A stretch of 44,246 bases of DNA from Nanobdellota archaeon. GTDB taxonomy: Archaea; Nanobdellota; Nanobdellia; Pacearchaeales; GW2011-AR1. The notes under the pieces are model-generated. The model was not told the origin of the DNA and searched no databases. It saw only the letters and a program-made list of their open reading frames with translations. Location: NCBI GenBank assembly GCA_038045865.1, contig JBBSXH010000070.1:1-44246 (forward strand), written 5' to 3'. A program made the position numbers and the translations under genes. Within the stretch, counting starts at the first letter, position 1, and every line of letters begins with the position of its first letter. Shown here piece after piece: positions 42,962 through 44,246 of the stretch.

Positions 42962-44246
42962 ATTTTTTTCTTTAAAAAATTAGATTTTAGTCTTAAAAAA
43001 CTTTTTCTAAAAAGATCCAGCCTCTGATAGTGTTTAAGTGCAAATTTATACAAGGGACTTGCTATATGAAACCGCATATGGCAATTTTTACAAGAAGTTA
43101 AATCATTATAAAACCTATTTCCAGTTAAGAAGAAATTTTTATAATGTATCTCTTCATTACAAAAAGGGCATTTTATTAAGAGTTCGTAACGATCCTGATT
43201 TTTATTACTTTTGTCTTTTTTAATTTTAAGAGGAGTTATATATTTTACATATTTTGTTCGAGTTTCTAAGATTTCTTTTTTTAATTGTAATACTTCATCA
43301 TCAGTCATCTTTTCAGTCATATTCAACCAATTTGTGATTGGAAGATCATTTTTTATAAAAGAAAGCTTATTTTTTATTATCCCTTTTTTTACACAATAAT
43401 TGTAAATCTCGCTTCCTGGATAAGGTTGAATAAAACCCAAATTGACTTGACCCATACAATTTTTTTTGCAGTAGTCCAAGGTTTCTTTTGCAGTTTCTTT
43501 GGTTTCAGCGATATCACCAAATATAAAATTTCCTTGAATTGCTAAGCCATATTGCATCGTTAATTTAATAGCATTATCAATCTGTTGAGGAGTTATTGGT
43601 TTTTTCATACTCTTCAAAACAATAGAACTATAACTTTCAAAACCATAACTAATCGAGTAACATCCTGCATCTTTTAGGGTTTCAAGCATTTCTTTGTCTA
43701 CATTAATAACAGATAATTGACAAGTCCATTTTATCTCTTGAGAAATCTCGTTACTTAATTTTTTAATCCTTTTGCAAAAATCATATAATCTTTGTTTGTC
43801 AACTGAAAATAAATCATCGTAAATTGAAATAACATTAATTTTATATTTTTTTATTGCGTTTTCTAATTCCTTCATTATGTTATCTAATGAACGTATTCTA
43901 TACTTAAGTCCAAGACAATGATAACAAAAAGTACATTGAAATGGGCATCCTCTGCTACATAAAATAGAATAAACTCTAGGGTAATCAAATATACATCCAT
44001 AAGGAGCATTATTAAAGCTCATATTTCTTAATTGCTCTTCAAAACCAAGACCCTCAAAATCTGGAAAAGGTAAAGAATCTATATTTTTAATAGATTCACG
44101 AAGTTTTGTAAAAACTACTTTTCCTTCATTCCCACTATAAATAATTCCATTCACACCTTTAACATCCATTTTTCTATCCAAACAATCTAATAGTTCAATA
44201 ATTGTTTCTTCTCCTTCTCCAATAACTCCAAAATCTGGTTTTAAAG
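42958..44246 (-). CDS. B12-binding-domain radical SAM enzyme (5' end runs off the window)
   Basis: The CX3CX2C motif is LCSRGCPFQCTFC. The reading frame stays open upstream of the ORF-track start (a TTG at 44181) and reads ...LKPDFGVIGEGEETIIELLDC up to the window edge, which is the usual end of the B12-binding domain. The C-terminus carries an extra CPFCNEE...CKNCH zinc-ribbon-like motif. Confidence 0.8.
   Translation of the reverse strand, partial: LKPDFGVIGEGEETIIELLDCLDRKMDVKGVNGIIYSGNEGKVVFTKLRESIKNIDSLPFPDFEGLGFEEQLRNMSFNNAPYGCIFDYPRVYSILCSRGCPFQCTFCYHCLGLKYRIRSLDNIMKELENAIKKYKINVISIYDDLFSVDKQRLYDFCKRIKKLSNEISQEIKWTCQLSVINVDKEMLETLKDAGCYSISYGFESYSSIVLKSMKKPITPQQIDNAIKLTMQYGLAIQGNFIFGDIAETKETAKETLDYCKKNCMGQVNLGFIQPYPGSEIYNYCVKKGIIKNKLSFIKNDLPITNWLNMTEKMTDDEVLQLKKEILETRTKYVKYITPLKIKKDKSNKNQDRYELLIKCPFCNEEIHYKNFFLTGNRFYNDLTSCKNCHMRFHIASPLYKFALKHYQRLDLFRKSFLRLKSNFLKKKI

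Noticed and set aside
1-44246. tRNA, rRNA, RNase P or SRP RNA genes, CRISPR arrays and prophage or integrase signatures.
   Set aside because: No spacer shows a cloverleaf-compatible GC-rich segment with a T-loop (GTTCRAnnC) motif. There is no regularly spaced direct-repeat array and no recombinase-like ORF. The search was by eye only, so a covariance-model scan (tRNAscan-SE, Infernal) should confirm it.
12067-44246. Interpreting the radical SAM-rich region as a RiPP (SPASM maturase) cluster.
   Set aside because: I found no small Cys-, Gly- or Ser-rich precursor ORF next to the SPASM-like enzymes, and no peptidase or ABC exporter. The surrounding genes are overwhelmingly carbohydrate-active. 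It is retained only as an alternative hypothesis in the main finding.

Overview
The window is strongly AT-rich, compact and archaeal-looking. It encodes prefoldin alpha, a DUF106 insertase homologue, an eIF-2B-family (ribose-1,5-bisphosphate-isomerase-like) protein and an AglB oligosaccharyltransferase with an intact WWDYG motif. Gene content and compactness are reminiscent of DPANN-type archaea, but that is inference only. Positions 1-7.7 kb hold small housekeeping and membrane genes separated by unusually long spacers that share a degenerate repeat family, present in both orientations. From about 5.6 kb to the window end lies a very large cell-surface glycan assembly and tailoring island. 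It contains a bacterial-type bifunctional HldE, AglB, an AglH-like GlcNAc-1-P transferase, GtrA, two GT2, a PMT/ArnT-like GT-C, two GT9 (heptosyltransferase family), a GT4, a CgeB-like GT and a Wzx-type flippase. Its most unusual feature is nine radical SAM enzymes: four have N-terminal B12-binding domains and five have Cys-rich SPASM/twitch-like C-termini. These are interleaved with two RmlD-like SDR reductases, a WbuC-type cupin, a split transketolase-like ThDP enzyme, two SAM methyltransferases, an APH-fold kinase, a Nudix hydrolase and an HD hydrolase. A queC / yhhQ-like / nucleoside-deoxyribosyltransferase-like trio is embedded in the island. I recognised no rRNA, tRNA, CRISPR array, transposase or integrase. 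All family calls come from reading motifs and architectures in the supplied translations. No database search was run.
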